Of a DNA stretch of 64,000 bases, positions 27,252 through 35,987 are shown piece by piece. The stretch covers positions 102,001 to 166,000 of the forward strand of contig VGLU01000001.1 of NCBI GenBank assembly GCA_016882195.1, written 5' to 3'. The notes under the pieces are model-generated. The model made no database searches and was not told the DNA's origin. It saw only the letters and a program-made list of their open reading frames with translations. The position numbers were made by a program, and so were the translations under genes. The DNA is from Thermoproteota archaeon. GTDB lineage: Archaea; Thermoproteota; Methanomethylicia; Methanomethylicales; Methanomethylicaceae. Position 1 is the stretch's first letter, and each line of letters starts with the position of its first letter.

Positions 27252-27653
27252 TCAGAAGGGAACGGTCTTCACACCGACTCTTTTTGCCACTTCGATCTGT
27301 TTGGCATCTTTCGATAGTAGCGTGGCACTCAATTTCTTCGCCAATACCAGGTAGAGCGTATCATAAATCGTCACATTATTCTCCGAAGCGATCTTGAATG
27401 CGTCCTCGAGGAGGTCCCTCTGTGGATGCATCTTTACGTTTGTATCTGCAAGCATCAGTAGCACCTTGAGTGCTCTTCGGGACTGTTCTGCGTTAATAAG
27501 CCCGCGCCTGTGCGCCAGGAGTACGGCGTTGCAGCTCTCCTTAACGACGAGGTCTATGCTTACGGCCCCTCTCTCAAGCAGGATCCTGATCGGTTCGGAT
27601 CCCTCCTCTCTCAGAGAGTAGGATGCCAGCGCAGAGGCGTCAATGACTACCAC
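27252..27653 (-). CDS. vapC: PIN-domain toxin VapC
   Basis: ..VVIDASALASY.. and ..VTIYDTLYLVLA... Overlaps the upstream antitoxin gene by 14 nt. Confidence 0.85.
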   Translation of the reverse strand: MVVIDASALASYSLREEGSEPIRILLERGAVSIDLVVKESCNAVLLAHRRGLINAEQSRRALKVLLMLADTNVKMHPQRDLLEDAFKIASENNVTIYDTLYLVLAKKLSATLLSKDAKQIEVAKRVGVKTVPF

Positions 27654-27867
27654 GGTCCTCCCTCACAAGCATCGAAACCGTCCCCTTGGGCTGAACCGGC
27701 ATGGTGCCGAGCAACTCTTCCACCTGCTCCACGGTCTCGCGGTTCTTGGCCTCTTCGAGCTTCTTGGCTATGAAGGACCGTATCTCCTCAGGCCAGCTGA
27801 CCCTGTCCTTGAGCTTCTCCATGTCTTCTTTTACACGCTTTGGAACCTTCACGCTTACTACGGACAT
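27640..27867 (-). CDS. vapB: VapB-type antitoxin
   Basis: ..MSVVSVKVPKRVKEDMEKL.. is similar to the antitoxin at 10918. The start is set at Met 27867, because the ORF-track start at 27897 lies inside the operator-like palindrome. Confidence 0.7.
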   Translation of the reverse strand: MSVVSVKVPKRVKEDMEKLKDRVSWPEEIRSFIAKKLEEAKNRETVEQVEELLGTMPVQPKGTVSMLVREDRGSH

Positions 27868-27882
27868 TCTTTCACCGTATAC

Positions 27883-27900
27883 TTTTTGGTATACCAAAAA
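27883..27900. promoter_or_regulatory. perfect 18-bp palindrome TTTTTGGTATACCAAAAA (candidate VapB operator/promoter)
   Basis: Read directly. Lies 16 nt upstream of vapB ATG 27867 on the minus strand. Confidence 0.5.
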
Positions 27901-27989
27901 ATAAACCTATCGGTTTACCAAGCTCTGATGTGGGGTAGCAAATCAGGAGCCCCAAAGGGCAACGCAGAGACGTTTGATTTTGTCGGCGC

Positions 27990-28520
27990 TCATAGCTTTG
28001 CCAATGACCTCTCGTAATCGGCGACGACGTACTTTTTTCCCTTTTGGACGACGGTGTGCCCCTCTCTCTCCAAGAGCCGCTTCTGCCCCTCAACCCCGCC
28101 GGGGTACTTCTCGTTGATGACACCGCCGACCTTGAGGGTGCGCCAGTACGGGATGGTCTTTTTGCCCTTCGTCTTCTCCTCTTCGGCTGCATTCGCCGCG
28201 ATCCAGGCGAAGATGCCTGTTGTTATCGGGCAGCCTATGGTCGCTCCGTGCTTTTTGGCGAGGGCAGAACGGATCTCGTTGATGGTGATGACCTTTCCTT
28301 TGGGCACCCTTGACATTATTTCGTTGACCTCCATCGGCGCGGGGATGACCACTGTGCCTGTTCCCCACCTCTTGCTCCTCTTGTCGGTAATCTCTTCTAC
28401 CACCGGCAGACCTTTGCTGTCCTTCAACTTCTCGGACCAACTCTTTCTGGGCATAGCTTCTTCCCAGAGAAGTCTCGGAGCTTTGTTATAATAAGCTTTC
28501 AGATACTGAGCGAGTTTCAT
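27990..28520 (-). CDS. MGMT-family / alkyltransferase-like DNA-binding protein without acceptor cysteine
   Basis: ..ITINEIRSALAKKHG.. (HTH) and ..IPYWRTLKVGGVIN.. where MGMT has PCHRV. C-terminal ..QKRLLEREGH... Confidence 0.65.
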   Translation of the reverse strand: MKLAQYLKAYYNKAPRLLWEEAMPRKSWSEKLKDSKGLPVVEEITDKRSKRWGTGTVVIPAPMEVNEIMSRVPKGKVITINEIRSALAKKHGATIGCPITTGIFAWIAANAAEEEKTKGKKTIPYWRTLKVGGVINEKYPGGVEGQKRLLEREGHTVVQKGKKYVVADYERSLAKL

Positions 28521-28527
28521 CAGTATT

Positions 28528-29601
28528 TTACCAGAAGAGGTTCCCCAAGGCGAAGGCTGCGAGGGTGGATAGGATGATGGTTGTGATGATGTACACCGCT
28601 CCCTTCTTGACGGTGAAGATCCTCATTATGGCCAGCATGCTCGGCAGGCTCAGCCCCGGACCGGTCAGGAGCATGGCCAGCGCCGGCGACTTGCCCATCC
28701 CCAGATTCATGAGCATCTTCACGAACGGCGACTCGGTCAAGCTCGAGAAGTAAATGACCGAGCCCAGAAGGTTTGCCAAGAAAGTGGGAAGGATGCCGTT
28801 CCCACCCAACACCTGCTGGACCCACAACTCTGGGATGATCGCCCCCACGACCCCTACGACGAACACGCCAGCCAAGAGGAGCGGGAAGATCATCCTGACA
28901 AACCACCAAGTCTCGTGGAGCCATTCCTTGATCTCCTCAGTTTTGAACGCCTTATACGCGTAGATCAGGGTCACGGCGAACGGCACCGAGAAGATCAGGA
29001 CCTTCTCCAGATAGGGCCGCCCGATCCCCAGGTAGTTCGGCAACAGGAGGGTAGCAACCAGCAGTAGCAGCAACAGCAGGGATCTCCTCCAGCTTATGGG
29101 GCCGCCGCCCCCCGCTGTTGAGGGCTTTGACCTCGCCTTCTCGGCTCTCTCCCTCTCCTCGCGCCTGAAGACGTAGACCATGACCAGCCCCACTATGAAG
29201 GCGGTGGAGAGGGCCGCCACGATCCTCATGACGGTCATGCCGAGCCCCAGTATTGCCCCACTGTAGACGATGGTGAGCACGTTCAGGGCCGGGGCGGTCC
29301 AAAGGAATATGAAGGCAGGGCCTAGGCTGCTCCCCCGCCGGTAGAGCCCAGATGCGATGGGTATGACCGTGCAGGAGCATACGGCAAGACCTATGCTCGA
29401 GACGGCGGCCAAGGGGAATGAGACGGTCTTCCTCCCCGACGAACCAAGATAGCGGACGATCGTGTCCCTCGACAGAAAGGTGTTCATGGCGCCGGCAAGG
29501 AAGAAGGCGGGGACTAGACAGGTGAGCACGTGCAGTGCCACGTAATCGGTCAGGGTCGTGAGCCCGGCAACCAGCAGGGGCAGCAACAGATCGAGGAGCA
29601 T
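28528..29601 (-). CDS. ArsP/DUF318-type permease
   Basis: 357 aa and multi-TM. ..LAVCSCTVIPIASGLYRRG.. is the characteristic Cys motif. Adjacent to arsR. Confidence 0.8.
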   Translation of the reverse strand: MLLDLLLPLLVAGLTTLTDYVALHVLTCLVPAFFLAGAMNTFLSRDTIVRYLGSSGRKTVSFPLAAVSSIGLAVCSCTVIPIASGLYRRGSSLGPAFIFLWTAPALNVLTIVYSGAILGLGMTVMRIVAALSTAFIVGLVMVYVFRREERERAEKARSKPSTAGGGGPISWRRSLLLLLLLVATLLLPNYLGIGRPYLEKVLIFSVPFAVTLIYAYKAFKTEEIKEWLHETWWFVRMIFPLLLAGVFVVGVVGAIIPELWVQQVLGGNGILPTFLANLLGSVIYFSSLTESPFVKMLMNLGMGKSPALAMLLTGPGLSLPSMLAIMRIFTVKKGAVYIITTIILSTLAAFALGNLFW

Positions 29602-29624
29602 TATGCCACGCCTTCGCAGTGGTA

Positions 29625-29969
29625 TTACTTGCTCTTCAGCGACTCCTCCAGTATCCTAGCGGTCTTTGAGAAGGACGACAGCTGTTCCAAGGCCACGGCG
29701 TCCACCTCCTTCAGTAGGTCGAAGACCTTAGGGCTCCTTATCTTGTACAGGGTCCGCTTGCCGTCCACCCGCCTATCGAGTATGCCAGCCCTGTAGAGGA
29801 TGTCCAAGTTCTTCGATGTGGTGGACTGGGACCTGCCAAGAAACGGAATGATCTCGCAGACGCACCTCTCCCCGCCCTTCAAAAATTCCACTATCTTGAG
29901 CCTGACCGGATCGGATAGCGCCTTGAGCACGCCCGCCCGGCACTCCAGAAGGTCTTTCATCTTGCTCAT
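29625..29969 (-). CDS. arsR: ArsR/SmtB-family transcriptional regulator
   Basis: ..LSDPVRLKIVEFLKGGERCVCEIIPFLGRSQSTTSKNLDILYRAGIL... Confidence 0.9.
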   Translation of the reverse strand: MSKMKDLLECRAGVLKALSDPVRLKIVEFLKGGERCVCEIIPFLGRSQSTTSKNLDILYRAGILDRRVDGKRTLYKIRSPKVFDLLKEVDAVALEQLSSFSKTARILEESLKSK

Positions 29970-29973
29970 CTTT

Positions 29974-29988
29974 CATCGAATTACGATG
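29974..29988. promoter_or_regulatory. inverted repeat CATCG-AATTA-CGATG at the arsR 5' end
   Basis: Read directly. Lies 5-19 nt upstream of arsR ATG 29969. Confidence 0.35.
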
Positions 29989-30005
29989 GTTTCTAGCAAT
30001 ATTTA

Positions 30006-30021
30006 AATATATCGATATATT
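30006..30021. promoter_or_regulatory. 16-bp perfect palindrome AATATATCGATATATT (TATA-like / operator candidate)
   Basis: Read directly. Lies 37-52 nt upstream of the arsR start, in the divergent arsR / ABC-exporter intergenic region. Confidence 0.35.
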
Positions 30022-30134
30022 CATAAATCACGATATAATTTGTTAGGATCTCGCTGGTTAGGGCAACGAGGGCACGACCTGCGAGCTGATGCACCCAGTC
30101 AATATATATAGTAGTAAAAGGTTGATTTTGTGGA

Positions 30135-31136
30135 GTGCCGTCCGCACATTATCTGAGCGAGGAAGGGGGGAATATTGTGATCATCAAGACCGAGGGTATC
30201 ACAAAGGCATTCAAGAGCCTCGTAGCGGTGGATCACGTTGATCTCTCCATAGATGAGGGGGAGATCTTCGGTCTCCTTGGTCCGAACGGTGCCGGAAAGA
30301 CAACTCTACTCTCCATGCTTGCCACGCTCCTTAGACCCACCGAGGGAACCGCGATGATCAACGGCTTTGATGTTATTAAGCAGCCCGGCCACGTGAGGAG
30401 GTCCATCGGAATGGTCTTCCAGGCGCCGAGCTCGGACGATTTATTGACCGGGTGGGAGAACCTGTACCTGCACGCGCTGATGTTCGGCGTCCCGGCTGAG
30501 GTAAGGAGGGAGAGGATTGATGAAGTGCTGACGCTGGTGGATCTAAAGGACAGGGCGAACGACCGTGTAAAGACGTACTCGGGAGGAATGAGGAGGAGGC
30601 TGGAGCTAGCCCGCGGCCTACTGCACAAGCCGAAGATACTGCTTCTAGATGAGCCGACATTAGGGCTAGACCCGCAAACGAGGGAGCACATCTGGGAGTA
30701 CATCGAGAGGCTAGCCAGGGAGGGGAGGGTTACAATATTGATCACGACGCACTACATGGAGGAGGCCGATAGGCTCTGCGACCGAGTGGCTGTGATAGAC
30801 CACGGGAAGATCATAGCGCTGGACTCCCCCGCCAACCTGAAGATGCAGATAGGGAAGAGCATGATAAAGGCGAAGGTGAAGGAGCCCAACTTGGAGAAGA
30901 TAAGGGCGTTGCCGTACGTCAGCAAGGTGGAGGCGAAGGACGGCGACGTCTCGATTGTGCTTTCCGAGGTCGGTGCACACATACAGGAGGTTCTGTGCAA
31001 TCTGGGGGACGCATCCTTCGTGGAGCTGAGGGAGCCGACGCTGAACGATGTGTTTTTGCAGCTGACGGGCAAGGAGATAAGGGCAGAGGGTGCCGAGAGC
31101 TTAGAAGAGAGGTATACGAGGGCGACCGGCAAATGA
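30135..31136 (+). CDS. ABC transporter ATP-binding protein (DrrA/ABC-2 type)
   Basis: Walker A GPNGAGKTT, signature YSGGMRRRL, Walker B LLLDEPT. AATATATATA at 30101-30110 fits a GTG 30135 start. Confidence 0.9.
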   Translation: MPSAHYLSEEGGNIVIIKTEGITKAFKSLVAVDHVDLSIDEGEIFGLLGPNGAGKTTLLSMLATLLRPTEGTAMINGFDVIKQPGHVRRSIGMVFQAPSSDDLLTGWENLYLHALMFGVPAEVRRERIDEVLTLVDLKDRANDRVKTYSGGMRRRLELARGLLHKPKILLLDEPTLGLDPQTREHIWEYIERLAREGRVTILITTHYMEEADRLCDRVAVIDHGKIIALDSPANLKMQIGKSMIKAKVKEPNLEKIRALPYVSKVEAKDGDVSIVLSEVGAHIQEVLCNLGDASFVELREPTLNDVFLQLTGKEIRAEGAESLEERYTRATGK

Positions 31137-31885
31137 GCGAGCTTACTGGACTGTACGCGCTTTGGTACAGGGAAGTGAAGGTATTTTTGAGGGAGAGGTC
31201 GAGGATCATCTCCTCGGTGGTGAACCCCCTGATATGGCTTGTGGCGTTCGGGGGAGGGCTGGGTTCGGCGATTTCTTTCGGCGGAACAGGGTACCAGACC
31301 TTCATCTTTCCGGGAGTGCTGATGATGACCGTTTTGTTCACGTCAATATTCTTTGGACTGTACATTGTGTGGGACAAGAAGCTGGACTTCTTCAAGGAGG
31401 TGATGGTAGCGCCACTCTCAAGGACGACGTTATTCGTGGGGAAGATGCTTGGCGGGTGCACGGACGCGCTGATCCAGGGATCTATCCTCCTGGTGCTTGG
31501 GATCTTCTTTGGGATACAGTACACGGTATACGCGGTGGTGATACTGGTCCTGTTTCTGCTGTTCGTAGCGATTGGGATCACCAGCATCGGACTGGCGATA
31601 GGCTCGCAGATGAGCAGCTTCGAGGGCTTCGGCCTGATCCAGAGCTTCGTGGTAATGCCGCTCTTCTTCTTGAGCGGGGCGCTCTATCCGCTGAGCGGAC
31701 TGCCCGATTGGCTGATGATCGTGGTGCGCGCCAATCCTTTGACCTACATTGTGGACGGGATGAGGGGGGCGCTTCTGGGGATATACAACTTTCCGCTCGT
31801 TGAGGATGTGGTGGTTTCGCTGGCCTTCGTCGCGGTTATGGTAGGTGTGGGAACTCTTGCCTTCAAAAGGATGAGCGCAACCTAG
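31133..31885 (+). CDS. ABC-2 type transporter permease
   Basis: ..LYALWYREVKVFLRERSRI.. and 6 TM helices. ATGA start/stop overlap with the ATPase gene. The ORF-track extension from 30995 is rejected. Confidence 0.85.
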   Translation: MSELTGLYALWYREVKVFLRERSRIISSVVNPLIWLVAFGGGLGSAISFGGTGYQTFIFPGVLMMTVLFTSIFFGLYIVWDKKLDFFKEVMVAPLSRTTLFVGKMLGGCTDALIQGSILLVLGIFFGIQYTVYAVVILVLFLLFVAIGITSIGLAIGSQMSSFEGFGLIQSFVVMPLFFLSGALYPLSGLPDWLMIVVRANPLTYIVDGMRGALLGIYNFPLVEDVVVSLAFVAVMVGVGTLAFKRMSAT

Positions 31886-31991
31886 AGAGCGGTCAACGAA
31901 CTAGGCTCATCCCATTCCCTTTTACTCTGAAGATCATTCAAGGGAACGCAAGTTATTCAAGCAAAAGACCTCTTACTGATAGTAGACTCAG

Positions 31992-32696
31992 GTGTTTGCC
32001 ATGAAGTTTGAGGTCAGGGCGCAGGAGATAATACGGCGCACCGCCGACGTCAAGAGCTTCAGGTTCTCAAGACCCGATGGTTTCAACTACGACCCCGGGC
32101 AGTTCATGCTGATTACGGTCCCCGTCGGTGGCGATCGCAAGACCAAGCCTCTGACAGTATCCAGTAGCCCGACGGAGGACTTTATCGAGTTCACCAAGAA
32201 GATAACGAGCCACGAGTTCTCCGCGGCCTTGGATGAACTCAGGGTTGGGGACACGGTTCAGATAGACGGGCCCTACGGAAACTTCACGTTCAAGGGCGAG
32301 CGCCCGAAGGTTGGGATGATCTCGGGCGGCATAGGGATAACGCCCTTGAGGAGTATGATCAAGTACTGTACCGATAAAGGGGTGGAATCCAACATACTCC
32401 TCCTCTACGGGAACAGGAGCGAGGAGAGCATAGCATTCAAGGACGAGTTTGACCGCCTGGAGGAGGCGAATAGGAACCTCAGAGTTGTTCATGCACTCTC
32501 GCGCCCGGGCGAGGGGTGGAAAGGGAGACGTGAGCATATAGACCTCCAGATGATTCAGGAGGAGGTACCCGACTATGCTGAGAGGGTCTTCTACGTCTGC
32601 GGACCGCCGGCTCTGGTGACGGACTGCGTGAACCATCTAAAAGCGCTGAGGGTGCCTGCTGAAAAGATAAGGGTGGAGAACTTCCCTGGCTACTGA
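31992..32696 (+). CDS. ferredoxin-NADP-reductase-family FAD/NAD(P)-binding oxidoreductase
   Basis: ..RFSRP..PGQFM.. (FAD barrel), ..GPYGNF.., ..ISGGIGITPLRSM.., ..YVCGPP... Confidence 0.8.
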   Translation: MFAMKFEVRAQEIIRRTADVKSFRFSRPDGFNYDPGQFMLITVPVGGDRKTKPLTVSSSPTEDFIEFTKKITSHEFSAALDELRVGDTVQIDGPYGNFTFKGERPKVGMISGGIGITPLRSMIKYCTDKGVESNILLLYGNRSEESIAFKDEFDRLEEANRNLRVVHALSRPGEGWKGRREHIDLQMIQEEVPDYAERVFYVCGPPALVTDCVNHLKALRVPAEKIRVENFPGY

Positions 32697-34060
32697 AGGT
32701 TCTGGGCTGCCTTCTTCACAACCTCAGGGAGGGCAGGATGGATGTGGACGACGCCCGTTATGCTCCTTATTGTGCCGTCTCCGGACTTCATGGCGACGAG
32801 GACCTCATGGATCAGCGTCGAGGCGTTCGTGCCCATTATGTGGCACCCAAGGATCTTCTGCGTCCTTTTGTCGACGAGGAACTTCACGAAGCCGGTCTGG
32901 TCCTCTATGGCTTTGCCCATCCCCGTGTCGTAGTAGCTGTAGCCACCCACCAGGTACTCCGCGCTCTCGGCCTTCAGCTGCTGCTCGGTCTTACCCACCC
33001 CCGCGATCTGCGGCGAGGTGAAGACGGCGTGGGGCATGGCGGTGTAGTCCACGGGCACCTTATTATCAGGGTCCATGATGTTATCATAGACGTACTGGGC
33101 CTCGTAGTTGGCGACGTGCTTGAAGGGGTAGCGCCCGATGATGTCCCCCAGCGCGAAGATCCCCTTGACATTTGTCTCGAGGAACTGGTCGACCACCACG
33201 TTCCCCTTCTCGTCCGTCTTCACGCCGGTCTTCTCGAGGTCTAGTAGGTCGGAGTTGGGGGGCCTTCCGGTGGCGACCAAGAGCTGGTCCGACCTTAAGG
33301 TCCTCTGTTCTTTCGTCTCCACGCTCTCAACGGTGACCGCAAAAATATCGCCCTGCTTTAAGACCGCAACGGGTTGATAGCCTGTAAGTACATTGTACCT
33401 ATGAGACGAGAGGCGGGTGAACTGCGAGGATACATCCTCGTCCTCGTTGGGCACGAGCAGCCTACCCCTCTGTACGATGTTGATCTCGGTCCCGAGGGAG
33501 CCGAAGAAGTGCGCCAGCTCGGCTGCGATGTACCCTCCGCCCAGTATCGTCAGCGCCTTTGGCTGCGCCTTCAGCCTGAGCGCCTCGTCGCTGGTGATGA
33601 AGCCTGATCCTTTAAGCCCCTTGATGTCTGGAATCTTCGCCCTGCTGCCGGCTGCTATCAGCACCTTCTCTGCCTTAATCGTCTCGTTCCCGACCTGGAG
33701 CGTCTTATGGTCAATGAACCGGCACTCCTCCTTGAAGAGGACTGGGTTCTTTGAGCTCCTCAGGCTCTTCTCGATCTCGGCGGAGTCGTGGTCGATATCG
33801 TCGGTGACCCGCTTCACTATGGAGGCAAAGTCCACCTCATAGCCCTTCACCTTTATGCCGAACTGCTCGGCGGTATTGATTGTCTCCATAACGTCTGCGC
33901 TGTGTATAAGCATCTTCGACGGGATGCAACCCCTGTTGAGGCACGTCCCGCCGAGGGGGCCCCTCTCCACGATGGCTACCCGCTGCCCAGACTCCGCAAC
34001 AGCATCGGCCACGTCCAATCCAGATCCGCTTCCAATAACGATGAGGTCAAATTCCCGCAT
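32690..34060 (-). CDS. class-I pyridine-nucleotide disulfide oxidoreductase (dihydrolipoamide-dehydrogenase/mycothione-reductase-like)
   Basis: ..DLIVIGSGSG.., redox CxxxxC ..GGTCLNRGCIPSK.., C-terminal ..HIHPALPE... The start is set at Met 34060, because the track extension to 34234 overlaps the neighbouring gene. Confidence 0.85.
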   Translation of the reverse strand: MREFDLIVIGSGSGLDVADAVAESGQRVAIVERGPLGGTCLNRGCIPSKMLIHSADVMETINTAEQFGIKVKGYEVDFASIVKRVTDDIDHDSAEIEKSLRSSKNPVLFKEECRFIDHKTLQVGNETIKAEKVLIAAGSRAKIPDIKGLKGSGFITSDEALRLKAQPKALTILGGGYIAAELAHFFGSLGTEINIVQRGRLLVPNEDEDVSSQFTRLSSHRYNVLTGYQPVAVLKQGDIFAVTVESVETKEQRTLRSDQLLVATGRPPNSDLLDLEKTGVKTDEKGNVVVDQFLETNVKGIFALGDIIGRYPFKHVANYEAQYVYDNIMDPDNKVPVDYTAMPHAVFTSPQIAGVGKTEQQLKAESAEYLVGGYSYYDTGMGKAIEDQTGFVKFLVDKRTQKILGCHIMGTNASTLIHEVLVAMKSGDGTIRSITGVVHIHPALPEVVKKAAQNLQ

Positions 34061-34151
34061 AGTTCTGCCCTCTGATAATAATTCGCGCCTCTGGTATAAT
34101 CGCTTGTCGATGGAAGGGAGAAGGAAAAAGTGATGGAAAAAGACTGGTGCC

Positions 34152-35975
34152 CTACCTTGCCCCGCCGCCACCGCCTCCGAACCCGCCACCACCGAAGCCA
34201 CCCCCTCCGCCGAACCCGCCACCGCGTCCGCCACCCGCCGCGGCAGGGATGCGTGCCACCACTATGGGTCGGAACATGAAGGGTATGTAGGGGGCGTATC
34301 TAACCTCCTCGAGCTTGATGTCCAGGTCCTTCATTGCCTTCACCACATTGTCGCCCACGCCAAGGGCGGTGCCGTAGACCAGCCACTCGCCCCACATGGA
34401 GAGGTCCTGGGGGGCATACTTCTTGATGGCAGCCATGTCTGAGAGCATCCTCTTGAAGGCATCCCACTCGAGCTTCTCCTTGTACTCCTCCCCCTTCCAC
34501 CTGCCGAAGAGCGCCGACGGGAAGGCGAGGGCGATGACGCACTGTATGATTACTATGAATGACGCGACGACCGCCTCTATGAGGAAGGACTCAACGTTGG
34601 GGAGGACGGCGCCCAGCGCGATCGAGGCAATGAGCAGTGTCACGCCGATGAGGATTACCGGCAGGACTCTCTTCCTACCGTTGCTGGCGTACTGCGAGGA
34701 GACGCGGGAGTTTCTGTGACTGGTGAGGTGCTGCAGCTCCGTCTTGAGCCCCATGAGCGAGGAGGCCCTCCTGTGGTCGGTGTAGGAGGTCACGCGCGTT
34801 TTGATCATGTCCGTATCCACCATTCCGTTCGCCGAGAGCCCGTTCAGGAAGTGGAGAACCTCGGTCTCATACTCGTCGTCGCTCTGGGTGGTCAGCACCT
34901 GTATCCTCAGGCCGCCGCCGACATCCTTGGAGGTCATCTTGATCTTGCCCTTTCTGTGCAGGTCGAGTATGGTTGCGTAATACCCGTTCTGGTCGAAGTC
35001 CACCGTGTCCCCCTTGTAGACCAGATTGACGAACCAAGGCCTCCTCTTGTTGTTGGGCACGGTGCTGAGGAACTCTGGTACGCCGAAGGTCCTCTCCCTG
35101 CCGTAGGCCATGTAGATGAGCAGGAATATCAGGGGGGTCGCGAGGAGCATTATCTTTGCCAAGGTGTTGACCGCCACGCCCGCGTAGTACTGGGCGTTGT
35201 AGGCGGTGTTTGCCTGCTCTGTCAGGATCCTAACATCGCTGTACTGCTGTGGGAACCCGTCAATAAAGGTGAGGGCATCCCTGTTGAGGAGCATCTCCAC
35301 CTCGAGGAGCTCGTTCTCGGAGGAGGAGCCACTGATAACTATGCTGTCACCCCTGTTGGTGACAATTAGGGAGGGTGGGTGCGGGTAGACCGCCACGACG
35401 TTGGAGGCGCCCTCGATTGTTATCGTGGCGCTGCGGTACTTCAGGTGCTGGCTGGCGAACTTGACGTTCAAGTGGGCGTAGGTGCCGTCATACTCCACAG
35501 GGGGTCTCAGTTTGAAGGTGTACTGGACGGTATAGCTCCCTGCCTCGAACCTGTCCGGATTGTAGACCCCCACCTCGTTGTCCTCGGCCAGGGACAGAAT
35601 CGCCGAGATGACGGAGCGGCTCTGGTTGTAGCGGGGCTCCACCCAGACGGAGGAGCGGTAGTCCTTGGCGTACACGACGGTGTTGTCCGGCCCCGCCGCG
35701 CTCAGGAGCTCCACATGAGGGTATCCGAGGTCCGATGCCCCTACCACCAGAGGGGCCTCCCACGACCTGTAGAGCATCCTGTACTCCCCCGAGGACTTCA
35801 CGTTGTAGACGTAGGTCTCCACGAGCGTCCCGTTGGGGTAGAGGACCGCGCTGTACTGGTCCACCAGCACATCGCCCTCTAGAAGGGATGGGACGTACGT
35901 TAAAAGAAATAGGCCTACGGCCCCCACCGAGAGGGTCAGGACCACCAGGGCGAGTATCTGTCTTGTCTCCGCCAA
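34152..35975 (-). CDS. DUF2207-type membrane protein with Gly/Phe-rich C-terminal tail
   Basis: N-terminal TM, a large extracytoplasmic domain, a cluster of TM helices and the tail ..GGGRGGGFGGGGGFGGGGFGGGGGGAR. Adjacent to lemA. Confidence 0.75.
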   Translation of the reverse strand: MAETRQILALVVLTLSVGAVGLFLLTYVPSLLEGDVLVDQYSAVLYPNGTLVETYVYNVKSSGEYRMLYRSWEAPLVVGASDLGYPHVELLSAAGPDNTVVYAKDYRSSVWVEPRYNQSRSVISAILSLAEDNEVGVYNPDRFEAGSYTVQYTFKLRPPVEYDGTYAHLNVKFASQHLKYRSATITIEGASNVVAVYPHPPSLIVTNRGDSIVISGSSSENELLEVEMLLNRDALTFIDGFPQQYSDVRILTEQANTAYNAQYYAGVAVNTLAKIMLLATPLIFLLIYMAYGRERTFGVPEFLSTVPNNKRRPWFVNLVYKGDTVDFDQNGYYATILDLHRKGKIKMTSKDVGGGLRIQVLTTQSDDEYETEVLHFLNGLSANGMVDTDMIKTRVTSYTDHRRASSLMGLKTELQHLTSHRNSRVSSQYASNGRKRVLPVILIGVTLLIASIALGAVLPNVESFLIEAVVASFIVIIQCVIALAFPSALFGRWKGEEYKEKLEWDAFKRMLSDMAAIKKYAPQDLSMWGEWLVYGTALGVGDNVVKAMKDLDIKLEEVRYAPYIPFMFRPIVVARIPAAAGGGRGGGFGGGGGFGGGGFGGGGGGAR

Positions 35976-35987
35976 GGTCGCTTACCC

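Noticed and set aside
30919-31587. 222-aa minus-strand ORF, plus the 30995 N-terminal extension of the ABC-2 permease
   Set aside because: The minus-strand ORF is antisense to ABC genes. The extension overlaps the ATPase gene in another frame and reads as R/G-rich nonsense. ATG 31133 gives the classic ATGA coupling.
34061-34234. N-terminal extension of the disulfide oxidoreductase ORF (MADAVAGSAEG...)
   Set aside because: It overlaps the Gly-rich 3' end of the DUF2207 gene. The Rossmann motif starts right after Met 34060.
34155-34250. GGN/CCN-rich repetitive DNA that could be mistaken for a tandem repeat or repeat array
   Set aside because: It is in frame with, and explained by, the Gly/Phe-rich C-terminal tail of the DUF2207 protein.
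34716-35882. Plus-strand ORFs (217 aa and 167 aa) inside the DUF2207 gene
   Set aside because: They are antisense shadow ORFs with G/V/H/L/R-rich low-complexity translations.
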